Below, in pieces: positions 26,193 through 39,906 of a stretch of 64,000 nucleotides of DNA. The translations under genes and the position numbers were made by a program. The notes beneath the pieces were generated by a model. It was not told where the DNA came from. It worked only from the letters and a program-made list of their open reading frames with translations, and did no database searches. The stretch is from Squalus acanthias (lineage: Eukaryota). Location of the stretch: assembly GCA_030390025.1 (NCBI GenBank), contig CM059438.1:67148001-67212000 (forward strand), written 5' to 3'. Within the stretch, counting starts at the first letter, position 1. Every line of letters starts with the position of its first letter.

Positions 26193-27377
26193 ATGGAGAC
26201 TTTCATCCCCCCCAATTTGAAAGCAGGTCTATGGGATGAAAGCACAGTTTGCTCGCCCACTGGGCCACCAAGTCCCGTTCACTTGACGTGTAATGTTTGC
26301 CCTAATGGCTAGCCAGTTGGTTTCAGGGATACAGCTCAGGCCTCTTAAGTTTGCGACGTCTTATTTTTGCTTGCTTTTTGACTTACGATCACCAGTGAGG
26401 CCAAACAACCGCCTCATGGGCCCTTCCTAACCTCATTTTGCAACCTTAAGTAACCAGATGTTGCCGGTGGCCCAGGATGACCTTCTGTTGATTTTTTAGG
26501 TCTTTTCTCCTATAAACAAGTACCTGGCCTTCACTTGGTAAGCCCTCCGCGGGCACATCTCTGATCAGAAGTTTCTCTTGTAATAACTGAGTGTGTGGAT
26601 TTGTATCCTACCATTCCATGGTGAAGCATGTGGAAGCACAGCTACCATGCTGGCCACAGGTTCCTTGCTTAACCTCCCTATTCGTGTTTTGAAGTTAGCT
26701 ACACACTGGTTAGATTGAAGTAGCTCATTGGATAGAGTATCTCACAGTTTGAGACCTCAGTCTCCCAGATGGAGCAACTAGAAGGTTCAAGGCTTTGCTC
26801 CCATCTCCTGATAGAATGAAACGAATGGTGAACCTGGACGACTTTGCAGCTCAGGACATCTTGCCTTGCTGACTGAAGATGTATGGCAGGCAGCTGGGTC
26901 CTGTGAGCAATGTTCCTCACATTAACCTGATATACCACCTTTAACCACTGCTGCCGGTCTATTTGACATGGCACTATTCTCCTGTCTGCTAAAAGAGCAG
27001 CTCCCTCATCCTGGTCACCTCCTCCACAAGGACCTCCAGAGCAGTGTCTGAGAATTGGAACGCCCTTGTTGAATTTCTCTTAGCCACCATCTTCACTTTA
27101 CAGCAATGATTGAGAGCCATGATGCAAAACAGCCAGAGTGCACCTCCCCTTTAAGAGGTGCAGGCTGATTTTAAATGGTGTCACTGCCGCCCAATTTCCC
27201 GCCTCCACCAATCGACGAGCTGTCAATAAACAGTGTAATTAGTGCTGGCAGCTCACCAATCATAATCAAATGAGGGACAAACCAACTTGGCTTGCCCCTC
27301 TCACCATCACCGGATGCCCATATCGCTCGCTGTGCCCATTTTGCTCCCGTTTTTGGCACAAGTTGAAGTTCTCCCCC
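26193..27377 (-). mobile_element. Old Harbinger derivative with Myb/SANT remnant
   Basis: Minus-strand RAFQFSDTALEVLVEEVTRMRELL near 27070-26995; right end gaagttctccccc. The left boundary is uncertain. Confidence 0.6.
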
Positions 27378-27763
27378 AAGGACTATGAATTTGCTGAAGT
27401 TTAACTATTAACAAAACTGACTTCTGGGACAGTACAGTGGGATTGGTAGGGAATGGATTTGTGACAATATAATTGCCCAAACTGTGGGTCCCTGATCTTA
27501 ACTGTGGTACTGTGGCAAATGCCGAGTATGGGCCACAGATTGGTCATCTGTGAAGAGGGAACAATCAGAGGTGGAGTCACCCTCGGCAACTGTAAAGGAC
27601 CTTGCAGACCCATTATGTAAAACAAATAGGAAATCCAATGTAACAATTGTTTCTGCAATGTTCAATTATAAATGCAAGATCTTTCTTCCTGTCTGTTGGT
27701 TTCGAGAGTTGATTGCACATTAATTAGAAAAATAGGGATTCAAAAATGTATTGCATGCATGTC

Positions 27764-27937
27764 GGTGTGTGTTTGATTGAGTGTTTGTGTGTGTGTGTAT
27801 GTTCGTGTATGTGTGTGTGTGTTTTCGTGTTTGTGTGCCTGTGTGTACGTGTGTTTGTGTTTGTGTGTGTTTGTGTGTGCGTGTATGTTTGCTTGTGTGA
27901 GTTTGTTTCAGTGTCTGTGTGTGTGTGTGTGTATATA
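27764..27937. repeat. Degenerate (TG)n microsatellite
   Basis: Imperfect tgtgtg/tgtttg array. Confidence 0.95.
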
Positions 27938-28616
27938 TATTAATGCAAATTACAATTGAATGTCCTCTGCATGGATTGGTGCGGTATTTTGATTGCGTCA
28001 AGGGAATTGTTGGTGTCTGAAGCATTACATGAATTGGATTTGAGGGGACGGTTGTTGTTGGCTGGGCCCACATTGAAGAACCCAGAGTCAGCAAAAATCA
28101 CGGTGTTCACAAATTAGAGTTGTTAAACATTTTTAGACCAATAATTTCCTTTAAAATTCTAACTTGCCATCCAGTGACCCCTGGTGGAAAGTGTGGATAT
28201 TGGTTGAGGTCACGATTGGGCTCACAGTTGGAGCGATCCCCTATGGTTCAGTAGCCTGCCAATTCCCAATGTCTTGGCTCAGACATGAAGAACATGAAGA
28301 ATGATCACTTGGGCTGATAATCTGAGGAAATGTATGCCAGGATGATTCGGTACTCACAGGAGAGAAGGGGAGAAAGTGAATGAAGGGTGGAAAAAATGAT
28401 TAAAACTAAAGCGAAGCCACAATTAGCACAATAAATCATTGAATGTTACATTCATGTGTTGACTGCCAGGTTATCAGTGGATAATCTATATTGCTGTATA
28501 CAGCATACTTAATAGAGATGTTCATGCTTAAACAGCAAGGCATCTTGAGTGGTTGAAACACTTTTGGCTGCAGCTCATATGGGAATTTTTCTTGGGATTC
28601 CTCAGGGAGATTTTAA

Positions 28617-29301
28617 GGAGGAAAATTTGCGTGTCGCCCCTTTTGGGTGCTAACGTCACCGGGGCACTAATTTTAGCGCCCCGAAAAAGTTAGCGCCCCT
28701 CTACCGGAAATTCATTAGTAGAGCCTCAAGCAGGAGGTGGCGCTACTGGAAGCACCCCACCTCCTTCTTGGGGTGCTACAACTGAAGATCGCGGCGCTAT
28801 GTGCAACAACGCCACGAGCGTCGGCACATAGCGCCATGTCATCGCAGGCCTCCGCCCCGATTAAAGGGGAGGGGCCTAGTGCTGCGCGTACCGGGGCCCT
28901 GCTAGACCACCGGGGAGTGGGGTGCCGGAAAACAGCCCGGCACTCAAGAGGAGCGTCGGGCTGAGCGATCGCGGCCGGCACCCCGCAGAAAAAAAGGGGA
29001 AGGGGGCAGGTGCTGGCAGTCAGCCAAAAGAAAATGGCCGCCCGACACCTGCCCCTTTTACTAGCGCCGCCAAGGCTGCAAAAACGGCCCCCTGACCCTG
29101 TCGAACATATCGTCGGCGATAGGTCAGCAGGCGCAAGCGAAGTTTGTGGCTGGGGCGCGAGCGGGGTGCTGCGCACGACGGTGACGTCATCGGCAGCGGC
29201 GCAGCGCCACGGGGCACTACTGGCTACCGCCACCGCTCAACTCCTGCTGAATTTCGGGGGAGGCGCTAACGAGAGGCGCAAATCAACCCAATTTTTCCCC
29301 C
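28617..29301. mobile_element. Harbinger-type GC-rich MITE (family B-like ends)
   Basis: TIRs ggaggaaaatttg / caatttttccccc, TSD TAA at 28614-28616 and 29302-29304; TAGCGCC motifs. Confidence 0.88.
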
Positions 29302-29429
29302 TAAGTGCCCTTATCAAGGCAGTTGCTGAAGCATTTAAAGGGAAGGTCTTGTCATGTAGTTTACAAGAAATGAAACCAAGTTGCCTGATATTACCTTAGT
29401 TCTAGACAAGAAGCGAACTTATCATCTTT

Positions 29430-29690
29430 TAGAATATAGTATACTACAGCACAGAAGGAGGCCAGTCAGCCCATCGTGCCTATGCCGGCTTTTTGAAAGA
29501 GCTATCCAATTAGTCCCACCCCCCCTGCTCATTCCTCATAGCCCTGCAAATTTATCCTTTTCAAGTATTTATCCGATTCCCTTTTGAAAGTTCCTATTCA
29601 ATCTGCTTCCACTACCCTTTCAGGCAGTGCGTTCCAGATCATAACAACTCGCTGCGTAAAAAAATTTCTCCTCATCTCGCCCCTGGTTGT
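29430..29690 (-). mobile_element. CR1 3' end fragment
   Basis: acagcacagaaggaggcca...gagctatccaattagtccc is shared with 32560 and 63740. Confidence 0.8.
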
Positions 29691-30174
29691 AAGAAAAAAA
29701 ATGATTTTTGAAATACTGGACATGCAAATCGAAATCTCTCGATAAAAATGTATCTCAAGGGAATTAGAACCACGGGGGTGAGTGAATAACTCAGCATTTA
29801 GTCATACACTGTAGAAAAAAAAGATGAATAATTAAGATCACAGGTGAATTAACACCAAGGTACCTTATCTGCAACACAGGAGCCTGACCTAATAAGTGAG
29901 ATTTGCTTGAAGGGATGTCTCACTTCATTTGGAAAAATGCAATATGCTGGTAATACAGCAAACTGTGTCTGAAAGTGCATGCCATGAATTTATAATGTGG
30001 TCTGACTCATTACTGGGTGAACCAATAAGGTATTGCAATTGTATTCCCATAAGCAGATTAAATTGAAATGGCTGATGGCCTAAAAGCACATACATCTAAT
30101 CATATTTTGTGTATGTCAAGGTGAAATATGTTCATGCTGCGAAACGTAGCTTTTTTTTCTTCCTCAGGCACCAA

Positions 30175-30290
30175 GGGTAGATTTTGGTTTGTACCAGTGG
30201 AATGAAAATCGGACGGGTTCTGTAACGGGTGGGCAGTCTGGCCTGCTCCCCAGATTATCAGCCACATGGTGATGACAAAAATCTCCTCCC
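30175..30290. mobile_element. Possible small MITE
   Basis: Ends gggtagatttt / aaaatctcctccc. Confidence 0.4.
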
Positions 30291-31174
30291 AAAATGTCCG
30301 TGTCCTATGTTAAGAATACATTGTGGATCAGATGCAGCTTAATGCTTCTTCGACTGATCTGGCAGTGGGTCTTGAGTCCCTTGAGTCAGCTGGCCCACTG
30401 TGAATTTTCTAGACGGCCATCCCTCTTTAAACCTAAGCAAAATAAGTCATTCGCACTTGCTGAAGACAGTACCCTGAACTCAGTTTTGAAGCCAGGAATC
30501 ATTATTGGTTTATTTTCAGATATAAAGGGTATTCACTGTCGGAAAAGGGTTAATGTCGTCACAACCCCATTGTTCTCAATGTCCTTGTGAAAGCTTCAGA
30601 TTTTGCCTGCATCTGTTTATATTTCATAGTCAATGGAACAGGTGACTAAATAGGAAAGAGCTTTTGAAACAAAATGTGTACCAATTTCTGTCACGTTGTC
30701 CGGTCCACTATTTTTACTCTCCTCCTGCAGACAGTAACTCATGCTGGGGTACGTTGCCATATTGCTGGCAGTCCTACAGTACCTCACCCAAATGGCCATT
30801 CTTCTTATATGAGCCTCGATGGTAAATGTTGCCGGCAAAAGAGGAATATGAAATGATATCCGGAATGAGCAGGAGAGTGGGGTTACGCTAGGTGGCTCAT
30901 GGAGAAAAACACTGGTACAGACTTGATGGGCCAAATGGCCCATTTCTGTGCTGTAGCATTGTATGATTCTATGTTGGCAGGCGATTAGGCTGTAAGATGC
31001 AATACAGCCAAGCTGGATCCTGTCCTTGTTGTCTACTCTCGCACTGTCCAGCATTGGAGTGGCAGACATAGCTGTGTACTTTTTTTCTTCTCTCCATCCC
31101 CACACTCTTTTTTTTGTCCCCACCCGCAAGCCTGAGGCTTTATCACTTAATAGTTACTTAAAACATTGCCATAG

Positions 31175-31545
31175 ATTTGAGCACGAAAATCTAGGCTGAC
31201 ACTCCAGTGCCGTACTGAGGGAGTGCTGCACTGTCGGAGGTGCCTTCTTTAGGATGGGACGTTAAACCGAGGCCCTGTCTACTCTCTCAAGTGGACATAA
31301 AAGAAACATGGCACTATTTCGAAGAAGAGCAGGGGAGTTTACCCCGGTGTCCTGGCCAATATTTATCCCTCAATCAACATCACTTAAAAAAATGGGTCAT
31401 TATCACATTGCTGTTTGTGGGAGCTTGCTGTGCGCAAATTGACTGCCATGTTTCCTACATTACAACAGTGACTACATTTCAAAAGTACTTAGTTGGCTTT
31501 TGGGATGTCCTGAGGTCGTGAAAGGCATTGTATAAATCTAAGTCT
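31175..31545 (+). mobile_element. Deu-domain SINE
   Basis: Same body and tail as the other copies. Confidence 0.85.
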
Positions 31546-31794
31546 TTCTTTCTCTCTATTGTTAATGACCATGAGAAATGTAACTAAATGTGACAGCCTA
31601 GGGTTGGAACAGGACCATGTTCATGACAATAACCATGTGGTCATGTTGAGGAATGGAGAAGTGTTTGCCCTCTTAACAAAGACTCTACTTTACTTATTGA
31701 ATATCAAAAGTGATCAGTAAGTCTGAGAAACAAAATTTTATTTTGGTAGAAGTGGTTGCTTTCTTCTGAAAATCAAATTTTAAAATGTTCTTGA

Positions 31795-32070
31795 TCTTCG
31801 GATGAGACATTAAACCGAGGCCCCATCTATTGGCAACAGAGCAGGGGAGTTATCCCTAGTGCCTTGGCCAAGATTCATCCCTCAAACAACATCACTAAAA
31901 TAGATTATCTGGTCATTATCACATTGCTGTTTGTGGGAGCTTGCTGTGCGCAATTTGGCTGCTGCGTTTCCTACATTACAACAGTGACTGCACTTCAAAA
32001 GTACTTCACTGACTGTAAAGCGCTTTGGTACATCCTGAAGTCGTGAAAGTGCTATATAAATGCACATCTT
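31795..32070 (+). mobile_element. Deu-domain SINE (truncated)
   Basis: Contains the uninterrupted site aaaatagattatctggtcattatcacattg and the tail. Confidence 0.85.
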
Positions 32071-34463
32071 TCATTCTTCATTTCTAATTGCTAAACTCAT
32101 TCATTGACAAGTTAAACAGTCTTCTCCCCAGCAGGATATCAACGTAAATTAAGTAATCGATTCCAATGGAGAGGACTGAGGAAAATTGGAGTGCTCCCAT
32201 GGTGGCTAGTATAAGGCATTTTGGCACTGCTGTTTTATTAATAAATATCCAGCTGTTATTTGATCACAAATGTGCTTTAGGAAAGGCTGATGGTGCATGG
32301 TAAAAGAGTCTCACAGGTGTACTCGGGTTCAATTCTGCATTGCGCACAAATTGGTCTCATGCATCGCACTTGGACAAATGGGTAATGTTTAACATCAGCC
32401 ACAGACCCTGGACTATGCAAAAGGCATTTTATTATGAGGGTGTTGAGGAAAATTGCATAAGGCCTGATGGGATCATTTACAACAGCGAGAATCAAGACAC
32501 AACTACAGATGTGTGAATTACCATCTAACGAGCCATTGCTATGGAAAGCATACAGTAGCATCATACAGCACAGAAGGAGGCCATTCGGCCCATCGTTCCT
32601 GTGCCGGCTCTTTGGTAGAGCTATCCAATTAATCACACTCCCCTGCTCTTTCCCCATCGTCCTATAGTTTTTTTTTTCCCTCAAGTATCCAATTCCCTTT
32701 TGAATGTTCCTATTGAATCTGATTCCACCACCGTTTAAGGCGGTGCATTCCAGATCTCAACTGGCTGTGTTAAAAAAAAATTCCTCATGTCGCCTCTGGT
32801 TCTTTTGCCATTTACCTTGCATCTGTGTCTTCTGGTTACCGACCCTTCTGCCAATGGAAACAGTTTCTCTTTATTTACTCTATCAAAACAATTCAAGATT
32901 TTGAACATCTCTATCCAAACTCCTCTTAACCTTCTCTGCTCTAAGGTGAACAACCCCAGCTTCTCCAGTCTCTCCACATAACTGAAGTCTCTCATCCCTG
33001 GTACCTTTCTAGTAAATCTCTTCTGCACTCTCTTCAAGGCCTTGACATCCTTCCTAAAGTGTGGTGCCCAGAGTTGAACACAATACTCCAGCTGAGGCCA
33101 AGTCAGTGTTTTATAAAGGTTTAGCATAACTTCCTTGCTTTTGTAGTTAATCCTCTGTTAATGAAGTCCAGGATCCCATATGCTTTTTTAACAGCCTTCT
33201 TAACTTGTCGAGCAAAGGTTTGTGTACATACACCCCAGGTTTCGTTGTTCCTGCAACCCATTTAAAATTGTGTCATTTAGTTCATATTGCCTCCTCTCAT
33301 TCTTCCTACCAAAATGTATTACTTCATACTTCTCTGCGTTAAATTTCATCTGCCACATGTCTGCCTATTTTACCAGTCTGTCTATGTCCTCCTGAAGTCT
33401 ATTACTATCCTCCCCATTGTTTACTGCATTTCCGAGTTTTGTATCATCAGCATACTTTGAAATTATGCCCTGCATACCCAAGTCCAGGTCATTAATATCT
33501 ATCAAAAAGAGCAGTGGTCCCAATACCGACCCTGGGTAACACAACTGTATACCACCCTCCAGTCTGAAAAACAAGTGTTCACCGCTACTCTTTGCTTTCT
33601 AACCCTTAGCCAATTTTGTATCCATGCTACCACTGTCCCTTTCATTCCATGGGCTTTAATTTTGCTAACAAGTCTATTATGTGGTACTTTGTCAAACGCC
33701 TTTTAAAATTCCACATACACAACATCAACCACATTACACTCATTTAACAAATCTGTGCTGACTTTCATTTATTAGCCCACACATTTCGAAATGCCAATTA
33801 ATATTGTCCCGGATTAATATCTCTAAAAGTTTCCCCTCCGCCAACGTTAGGCTGACTAGCCTGCAGTTGCTGCATTTATCCCTCTCCCCTTTTTAAGGGT
33901 GTAACATTTGCAATCCTCCACTCCTCTGGCACCACTCCCATATTCAAGCAAGATTAGAAAATTGAGGCCAGAGCCTCCACAATTTCTTTCTTACTTCCTT
34001 CAGTAACCTTGGATGTATCCCATCCAGACCGGGTGACTTTTCTACTTTGAAGACTGCCAACCTTTTAAGTACATCCTCTTTATCTATTTTTATCACATCC
34101 AATATCGCTGCTGTCTCCTCCTTTAGTGCTACATTGGCAGCATCCTCTTCTCTAGTGAAGACAGATGCAAGGTATTCATTTAGTACCTCAGCCAAGCCGT
34201 CTGCTTCCACAAGAAGATCTCCTGTTTGGTTCTCTGATCGGCCCCACCCTTCTTTTGACTACCCTTTTACTATGTATGTGTTTTTAAAGACTTTTGGTTT
34301 CCTGTTATGTTAGCCACTAATCTATTCTCATGCTCTCTCTTTGCCCCTCTTATTTCCTCTTTAGCTATCCTCTGTATTTTCTATATTCAGCTTGGTTCTC
34401 TGCTTTATTATGAACCTTAAAATTGTCATAAGCCTCCTTTTTCTGTTTCATTTTAATCTTTAT

Positions 34464-37410
34464 GGAGGTGAAATTCGATAACGCTGCAATCATTATAATT
34501 AACTGGCGTCAACTTTGTGCTGCCAGTTAATTATAATGATTGTAGCGCACAGCCTAGTACTGAACGTGCTGCTGACAGGCTGCGTGCTCAGCAAGGGGCC
34601 GAAGTTCACGCTGTTTGAGCGAGTTACTTAAAGCTAGCCTGCTCCTCTTAAAGGCAGCCTGCAGCTCTTAAAGGTGAGCTGCCTTCTGCTGATGAAAAAT
34701 GGTAGAAGTGCTTCAGCAGTAACCCAAATGACTCAACAAGTCAGGGAAAGGGCACCCAGGGTCTTGGACGCAGCAGTCGAGCTTTGTACAGGGGGTGAAA
34801 CTGGAAGAGAGGTCCTCTACCTACAGGGGGCCAGGAGGCCCTCCAGAAAGAAGGATGTGGGACCAGATCGCCTGAGGCAGTCACTGCAAGCAATGTCACC
34901 CCCAGGACCTGGCTCCAGTGCTCAATGAAGTTTCATGACCTCAGATAAATGGTCAAGGTCAATGAAGGCATCTTCAAAAGCCGTCTCCTACCAAATGCAT
35001 CACTAGCCTCAAACACTGCTTTTTAAAAATTAATTCCTGGGATGTGGGCTTCGCTGGCAAGGCCAGCATTTATTGCCCATCCCTAAGTCCCCTTGAGAAG
35101 GTGGTGGTGAGCCGCCTTCTTGAACCGCTGTAGTCCGTGTGGTGAAGGTACCCCCGTAGTGCTGTTAGGGAGCGAGTTCCAGGATTTTGACCCAGCAACG
35201 ATGAAGGAACGGCAATATATTTCCAAGTCAGGATGGTGTGTAACTTGGAGGGGAACTTGCAGGTGATGGTGTTCCCATGTGCCTGCTACCCTTGTCCTTC
35301 TAGGTGGTAGAGGTCGTGGGTTTGGGAGATGCTGCTGAAGAAACCTTGGCGAGTTGCTGCAGTGCATCTTGTAGATGGTACACACTGATGGAGGGAGTGA
35401 ATGTTTAAGGTGGTGGATGGGGTGCCAATCAAGTGGGCTACTTTGTCCTGGATGGCGTCGAGCTTCTTGAGTGTTGTTGGAGCTCTGCTCATCCAGGCAA
35501 GTGGAGAGTATTCCATCACACTCCTGACTTGTGCCTTGTAGATGGTGGAAAGGCTTTGAGGAGTCAGGAGGTGAGACACTCACCGCAGAATACCTAGCCT
35601 CTGACCTGCTCTTGTTGCCACAGTATTTATGTGGCTGGTCCAGTTAAGTTTCTGGTCAATGGTGACCCCCAGGATGTTGATGGTGGGGGATTCGGTGAAG
35701 GTAATGCCATTGAGTGTCAACGGGCGGTGGTTAGACTCTTGTTTGTTGGAGATAGTCATTGCCTAGCACTTGTGTGGTGCAAATGTTACCTTGCCACTTA
35801 TCAACCCAAGCTTGAATGTTGTCCAGGTCTTGCTCCTTGCAGGCATGGACTGCTTCATTATCTGAGGAGTTGAGAATGGAACTGAACACTGTGCAATCAT
35901 CAGCATACATCCCCACATCGGCTCAATGCATGACCCCCCCCATCACTCACCTAGCAACAATCTCGACTAAACACGAGACACACCTCACATTTCTAGCTTC
36001 ACCTCACCACCTGATCTCATATGTTATCCTCATTCTCACATCCCACTTCCCCCTCATCCCACAATATCTTCTGATTTACAAGCTGCACATGGTGTAAGCA
36101 TGCACCTCTTGCTTTACGCACCCCCCCTCCCCTCACCACAACCCTACCCTTGTGCCTTCCTCATTTCAGACACCCAAGAAATCCAGCCTGCCCAGTCAGT
36201 GGGTCAACAAGAAGAGGGAGAGGAGAATGAAGAAGAAGAAGAAACACCGTCGCTCGATTTCACATTGCCAGCCACCAGCCCCTCACGGTCATTCTGCAAG
36301 GCCATCTGCAGTGCCCCCCACTGAAAGTCAGCAGCCTTCCACCAGCCATGCTACAGCCACTGGGGTAGCACTGCATAAGAGCATAGGATAGGCAACATCA
36401 CACGCAAAACTGCCATTAAGGGAATACACAAGGATGATTAGTTGATTTTTTTAATGTAATATTGGATGCATATTTGAATAAAGTTGGATTTGATAGTTTG
36501 TTTTGTGGTGGCTTTTATTTCAGCACTGTGGCCAAGAGGACGCTGTGATAGTCAGTAACAGAGAGAAGGTAATGTGCAGGATAAATTTTGAAAGGGGAAT
36601 TGGGGTTGTGTCACTGGTACCGCAGGTGGATGATTCGATCTCAGATATCCCGGCCAGAAAGGGGCTGTCTGGGTTGCCTCCTTCCTTTCACTTGTTTCTC
36701 TTCTGCTTCCTCCTCTTCTGCTCCTTCCTCTTCCTCCTCTTCCTCTCTTCTTCTTCCTCCCTCTGCTTTATCCGCCCCCCCCCCGCCCCCGCCACTCCTC
36801 ACCACAACCCTACCCTACCTTTGTCTCCTTTGCTGCCTCTGCTCCATCTCCATATCATGCTGAAGCCCAAGGGGGGCTGCAACTAGAGCCCCCAGGACTG
36901 GGAGCAAGTAGTGTTCTCAAAGGCCTTCCTTTAAGAGTCAAAGCCTTGAAAACATCCAGCAGCACTCCCTGCACTCTCTTCACACTTTAACAACTTTTTA
37001 AATGTTTTACACCAAGCAACTACTTCAATAAAATGTAAAGAACCCACTACAAAAGCAAAAATCTAAATTTACCTGGAAAGTTGCATATGTACCTTTAAGA
37101 AGTGCTGGTAGGGGGTCTGTCATACTGCTGCACGCACATTCTACCATGCGTGCTTTGGAGAGGGCGTTAAAAGGAACGGCGACGTCCAAAATACCAGATC
37201 GTGCATCAATTCAGCATTGCACGCTGATTGACATCTCAATCTGACTCATTTCCATATCTGGAGTGAGCGCTGGCGATGGCAGCATTCCCGACCTGCCCAA
37301 AATGACGGCCGCCGCGTTCCGCACAGGAAGTGGGCGGAAGCGAGGCAGCCACCATTTTTTCATCTACTCTGGCCTTAACGGCCGGCACAAATGGGCTGAA
37401 TTTCACGGCC
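34464..37410 (+). mobile_element. Harbinger derivative with Myb remnant and transposase C-terminal remnant
   Basis: TIRs ggaggtgaaattc / gaatttcacggcc, TSD TAT at 34461-34463 and 37411-37413. MTQQVRERAPRVLDAAVE..EVLY at ~34728. Glu-rich minus-strand tail ending RIIHLRYQ* near 36610. Confidence 0.8.
35020..35917 (-). mobile_element. Non-LTR retrotransposon 3' fragment (CR1/Jockey-group RT)
   Basis: MYADDCTVF, LSTIYKAQVRSVMEYSPLAW and KSWNSLP. Nested in the Harbinger element. Confidence 0.85.
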
Positions 37411-38127
37411 TATATCTTTAGTCATCCAGGGATCTCTAGGTTAGGATGCCCTACCTTCCCCCTCACGGGAATGTGTCTACTCTATACCCGAATCATCCCT
37501 TCTTTGAAGGCCTCCCAGTCTTCAGTTACTGTTTTGCCTACCAATTTTTGATTCCAATCCACCTGGGCCAGATCCCTTTTCAACTCACTAAAGTTAGCCC
37601 TCCTCCAGTTAAGTATTTTTACATTTGATTGTACCTTGACTTTTCCATAACCATTCTAAACCTGATGATGTTATGATCACTGTTTCCCAAATGCACTCCC
37701 ACTGAAACATACTCCACTTCATTCCCCAGAACTAGATCCAGCACTGCTTCCTTCCTCATCGGACTGGAAACACACTGAACAAGAAAGTTCTCTTGTACAC
37801 ATTTTAGGAATTCCTCCCCCTCTTTGTCTGTATTCGGATAATTGAAGTGCCCCATTATCACTACTCTGTAGATCTTGCATCTTTCTGTAATTTGCATGCA
37901 AATTTACTCCTCTATCTCCTTCCCACTATTTGGTGGTCTAGAGTATACACCCAGTAGCGTAATAGCTCCTCTGTTGTTCCTTAATTCTAACCAAATATTC
38001 TCTAAATTTGGCCCCTCACTACATCATCCCTCTCAAGTGCTACAATACTTTCTTTGATCAATACTGCCACCAACCCTTTTTTTTTCCTTCCCAAATTTCC
38101 TCAATACCTTGTAGCCATGAATATTAT

Positions 38128-39906
38128 GGGTTGGATTTTACCAACCTCGGCAGGTCCGTGGTGGGCGACATCGGTGGCGGGTCGCGGCCTCGCTGCCAGC
38201 TCCAGCCCGCTGTCCAAAATAATCTTCCCCTGATTGGGCTTGTTAAGCCGGCCCAGCGTGTTTGGTGGTCAATTGAAGGAAGCGGGTCTGATGATGTCAT
38301 TCAATGACACGTCATCAGCTGGTTTCCTTAAAGAGAACATGCGCAAATTGATTTTGACATTGGTGCTGTCAGTGTTCTACAGCATTGAGGTGCTGCAAAC
38401 ACTGACAAGCACTGCACAAAGATGCAAGGCTGCACCCAGGCTCTCCCATGACTCCCTCCATATGCTTATGGAGGGAGTCACAGCATACAGGGAGGTTCTC
38501 TTCCCTTCCAATGGGCGGAAGAGAACTCCCCAAGAGATCAACGCAGCCTGGTTGCACTTTGCAGAGGAAGACACAAGCAGGGATGTCATAAGGAAGACCA
38601 GGCTGCAGTGGCGCAAACCTTTCAATGATCTCAGTAGATCACGAAATGTTACTGCAAAGCCACACTCAACCTCATCCTGCTGTGCCACTCATCACATCCC
38701 CATCACTCTGCCTTCCCTACCCTACTCATGCACATCCTTACTCACACAAACTTACCTTACACCTCCACCCATCCCTCTCTATCTACATTATCACTTCCCC
38801 ATCTCACTAGCCACCCCTCACACTCACCCTCATCCTAGTCCAATTATACCAACTAACAACACACAAGGGTAGGCACTTGTGTGTTTTAGCCATGTTCATG
38901 TAAAGTTTCTATTAATGTGATTTCAAACATTGAAATGTATATTTTCAACACTTTGCGTTCTTGGACAGATTTGTGTGAACCTTTGGAAATGGCTTAGTGT
39001 GTTGCAGTGAATGTTGAGACATAATGGTACCCCCCGCAATGGTCATGAGTGTGAAAGGATTGGCTTGGGCAATGTAGGGATGCCTTATGGTGTTGGTGTG
39101 AGGTGGTGCCAACCTGGCGAATCATGTGGCAGCCAGGGTTTACAGCCTCAAGTGAATTAAATCTGGTCATGGTGAGGCCATCCCTGGCCTCTCGGACAGC
39201 AATGTGGTTGGGTGCTGATGCCCTGTGTCCTGTGCAGCATCAGTTGATAGCAGAGAAGTTTGGTGTTGTTGTTGATGCTGCTGGTGTGCCTGGTGCTGCT
39301 GGTGTTGGGGCTGATCGTGGTGGGATTCTGAGAACCAAGGTGAGATAGTTTCAAGGGCACCGATGCTGATGTAATAGATGGCAGATGAACTTGAGATGAC
39401 AGAAGCGATCTGTCAATGGTGAGAGAGGTTGTTCCAATGAGGTGACAATGGATAGAGAGTTTGCTTCAACACTTGCAACCTGCATAATGCTCAATCTGTC
39501 TTCCAAATGCAGTAAGCAACAGCTTTTTAGCTTGGGAAGTGAACAGCTGTGAGATGGGAGCTTTTATAGCACATTTGCAGCTGCCAAGTAAAGAGATGAT
39601 TCCATAGCCATTCAACTCCCGACCTGCTTACCTGACGTGATCCCGAGCAGCGTGGACCCCGTGGGTGACCTCGTAAAATGTAAAGTTGGGCTCAAAAAAC
39701 TTCTTACTGGGCTGTTAACAAGGTGATAATGACCTGAATTGCCTCCCCCACCACTGCCTGTTGGGTCTGTTCAGCGCTGACAGATCCGACATCTGGGAAA
39801 GGCGTGTGGCGGCAGTTTGGGAGCGGGGTCCGACCCGCTGTTAAAAAAGACATTCCCACCCAACCCGCCACCAAACGCGCCACTGACCCCCCGAAAAAAT
39901 CCTCCC
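38128..39906 (+). mobile_element. Non-autonomous Harbinger element (family C)
   Basis: TIRs gggttggatttt / aaaatcctccc with flanks TAT / TAA. Myb/SANT ORF AAPRLSHDSLHMLMEGV..AAWLHFAEE..WRKPFNDL. Confidence 0.92.

Noticed and set aside
27720..28094. Cys/Val-rich and His/Thr-rich ORFs
   Set aside because: Translation of the (TG)n microsatellite.
36690..36790. Pyrimidine/C-rich tract as a regulatory element
   Set aside because: It is the antisense of the Glu-rich low-complexity tail of the Harbinger transposase remnant.
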